From Chloroflexota bacterium (GTDB taxonomy: Bacteria; Chloroflexota; Limnocylindria; Limnocylindrales; CSP1-4), in NCBI GenBank assembly GCA_003158675.1, contig PMKN01000064.1:1-58884 (forward strand): 58,884 nt of DNA, given 5' to 3'. The notes beneath the pieces are model-generated. The model was not told the DNA's origin. It did not search any database and worked only from the letters and a program-made list of their open reading frames with translations. The stretch's first letter is position 1. Each line of letters opens with the position of its first letter. Positions 56,112 to 58,884 of the stretch are shown in pieces. The translations under genes were made by a program, and so were the position numbers.

Positions 56112-56713
56112 GCGAGCCGCAGGGCGCGATCCGAGTCGCGATCGTCGACGACCACCCGGTCGTGCGCGAAGGAACGGCGGCGTTGCTCGCGGTACAGCCG
56201 GGACTTCGAATAGCAGGAACGGCGGCGTCCATTGAGGAGGCGGCGCCGCTCCTGGATCCGTCGGCCGTGGACGTTCTGCTGGTCGACATCAGGCTCGGGA
56301 CCGATAGCGGACTGGTGCTGCTGGCGGGCGACGCGCCTCGGCCGGCGATCGTGGTCCTGACCGCCTACGACTACCCGCAGTACGCGGCAGCGGCAAGGCG
56401 TATGGGCGCGTCCGGATTCGTCGTCAAGACAGCGCCGGTGGCAGAGCTGGTGGAGGCGATTCGGTGCGCAGCGGCCGGAGGCGAGGCGTTTGGCTGCGCG
56501 CCAGACAGTCCGGTCGCGCTGACCCGGCGCGAACTCGAGGTCGTTCGTCTCGTGGCCGACGGCCGCAGCAACGACGAGATCGGAGCTGCGCTCGGGATCA
56601 CGACCAAGACGGTCGAGGGGCATCTGCGGCGGCTGTTCGAACGCCTGGCGGTGCAATCGCGAACGGAACTCGCCACGCGCGCGGTGCGCGAAGGCTGGCT
56701 CGAGGTGCCGTAG
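56108..56713 (+). CDS. NarL/LuxR-family response regulator
   Basis: IVDDHPVVREG, LVDIRL, FVVKT, LTRRELEVV...GRSNDEIG...KTVEGH; ATGA overlap with kinase. Confidence 0.93.
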   Translation: MSEPQGAIRVAIVDDHPVVREGTAALLAVQPGLRIAGTAASIEEAAPLLDPSAVDVLLVDIRLGTDSGLVLLAGDAPRPAIVVLTAYDYPQYAAAARRMGASGFVVKTAPVAELVEAIRCAAAGGEAFGCAPDSPVALTRRELEVVRLVADGRSNDEIGAALGITTKTVEGHLRRLFERLAVQSRTELATRAVREGWLEVP

Positions 56714-57041
56714 CCACGGGCGCTTCGGCGCGGGGCGCGGCGGAGTGCCGCGGAGGGCCGCGGAGGGCCGCCTGGTCGCGGCCCGGTCGCGGCTCGACCC
56801 CGGTTGGCGCTCGACAACGCCGGGGGTAATGCAAAGGGCGAGACTGAGGTCGGCCGTGTTCGTCGAGGGCCCAATCGCGGCTTGGGCTAGCCGCAGAGGG
56901 CTAACAACCGGCTTCGTCAGGCCCGATCATCCAGCCAACGGTTTCTTTGGATCACGGGGGCCGATATTGAGCGGGAAGTCGGCCGGTCGGGGCCACGCTC
57001 GCCTCTGCGCGGTCGGGGCCGCCACTCCCTCGGAGGCGCCG

Positions 57042-58310
57042 CTACTTGAGCGCTTCCGTCAGCAGCGCGCCGAGTTGATCCCACTCGACCAGAAAGGCGT
57101 CGTGGCCCTTGGTTGAGTGGATTTCGCGATAGACGGCGTCCATCCCGGCGGTCGTGGCGGCCTTGACCATCTCCTGGACCTGAGTCGTGCCGTACAGGAT
57201 GTCGCCCTCGATGCCGACGCCGGTCAGGCGCGTGCCGTAGGCAGCCAGCCGCTGCAGTGCTGCCACCGTGCTACCTCGACCGCGGCCAATGTCGTGCGTG
57301 TCCATGGCCAGGACGAGGGACCGGTAGGTGTCCTCGTCAAAGCGCTCCAGCAGCTTCCGACCCTGGTGGCGAAGGTAACTGACGATCGAAGGAGTGCCGT
57401 CCGGCTCGACGCGTCCGGCGAAGCGCTGTTCGAAGTCGATCTCCGAACGGTACGTTGTGATGGCCAGCTGGCGGGCCAGGTCCAGGCCCTCCAGGCCGAG
57501 CTTGTCGACGATCTCGAGCTGGATGTGGTCCCAGCCCACGGCGAGCTGGCCGATGCGGGCCGGCGCGGCCATCGGCACGACCCGGCTGATCTCGCCCGGC
57601 CGCTCCAGGGCCACTTCCAGGGCCACCATGCCGCCCAGCGATCCGCCGACCGCCAGAGCGAGCTTGCCGATCCCAAGCGCATCCAGCAGGCGCCACTGGA
57701 CGCGGGCCTGGTCGCGGACCGTGATCAGGGGAAACGTCCGGCCGTATGGCTTGCCAGTCTGAGCGTTGCGGGAAATCGGACCGCTGGTGCCGTACCGGCT
57801 GCCCAGCAGGTTCGCGCAAATCACACCGTACTTGTCGGTGTCGAGAACCTGGCCGGACCCGATCAGGGGCGCCCACCAGTCGCCGGCCGCGTCCGCGGAG
57901 CCGGTCAGGGCGTGGACGACCAGGATCTGGCGGCCTTCGCCGATCGGGACGCCGTCGTGACGGTAGGCCACGACCAGGTCAGGCAGGACGGCCCCGGACT
58001 CCAGCACGAAGCGACCCAGCCAGCGAGAGACGATCTTGCCGGTCTGCGGGTCGCTCGAGTTGTCCACGACGGCAAGGCTACGAAAACCGGAGTCGGCGCG
58101 TGCGGTCGAAACGCCGGGGTCGGCGGGAACGAAGACCGGCCTGGTGCCACGACCGCTCGTCCGGATGCCGGGCACCGCATCCGGGGACGCGGAGGCGCCG
58201 AGCCCCGCGGGGGACCCGGCGCGCGCGGGTTCGGAGTCAGCGACGGCCGCGGAGGGCGCGGACTGGCCGCGCACCTCCGAGATCCATCGGATTGCCGATG
58301 CCGATTTCAT
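57042..58310 (-). CDS. metX: Homoserine O-acetyltransferase with low-complexity N-terminal extension
   Basis: HALTG, GGSLGGM, GHDAFL; SD GGAG before ATG 58310. Confidence 0.9.
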   Translation of the reverse strand: MKSASAIRWISEVRGQSAPSAAVADSEPARAGSPAGLGASASPDAVPGIRTSGRGTRPVFVPADPGVSTARADSGFRSLAVVDNSSDPQTGKIVSRWLGRFVLESGAVLPDLVVAYRHDGVPIGEGRQILVVHALTGSADAAGDWWAPLIGSGQVLDTDKYGVICANLLGSRYGTSGPISRNAQTGKPYGRTFPLITVRDQARVQWRLLDALGIGKLALAVGGSLGGMVALEVALERPGEISRVVPMAAPARIGQLAVGWDHIQLEIVDKLGLEGLDLARQLAITTYRSEIDFEQRFAGRVEPDGTPSIVSYLRHQGRKLLERFDEDTYRSLVLAMDTHDIGRGRGSTVAALQRLAAYGTRLTGVGIEGDILYGTTQVQEMVKAATTAGMDAVYREIHSTKGHDAFLVEWDQLGALLTEALK

Positions 58311-58332
58311 GGCAGCTCCTCGAGCCGCTCCG

Positions 58333-58884
<552 letters not shown>

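Noticed and set aside
56714-57041. SAM riboswitch or other ncRNA in the 330-bp gap (GGCCTGACGAAGCCGG on minus)
   Set aside because: Partial resemblance only, lacks GCAACC and the AUC..AGAG core, and lies downstream of metX; region left unexplained.

Overview
High-GC bacterial chromosomal window. Gene style suggests Chloroflexota or an actinobacteria-like lineage; this is inferred, not verified. It is mostly housekeeping and accessory metabolism: kamA (partial), ATP-dependent DNA ligase, pta-ackA, a three-gene pnt transhydrogenase, a TPP-riboswitch thiamine salvage operon (thiD-M-E-L-cytX), cydAB, dapB-dapA-dapD-lysA, metX and partial metY, plus regulators (Rrf2, LuxR-ATPase, WYL, a two-component pair). 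No CRISPR array, rRNA, transposase or integrase was seen. The most interesting signals are non-coding or tiny and are missed by the ORF track: (1) a Lys-codon leader peptide with full 1:2/2:3/3:4 attenuator geometry upstream of the dap operon; (2) an identical 14-bp palindromic element upstream of both lysine catabolism (kamA) and lysine synthesis (dap); (3) a ~0.6-kb integrase-less cassette in the 3' end of a rare tRNA-Ile(UAU), bounded by 22-bp perfect inverted repeats and a 9-bp duplication of the tRNA end; (4) a 22-aa Fst/Ldr-like hydrophobic peptide with its own promoter, an occluded SD and a bidirectional terminator; (5) pervasive leaderless promoters. All were read by eye with no database searches, so the functional calls are hypotheses.
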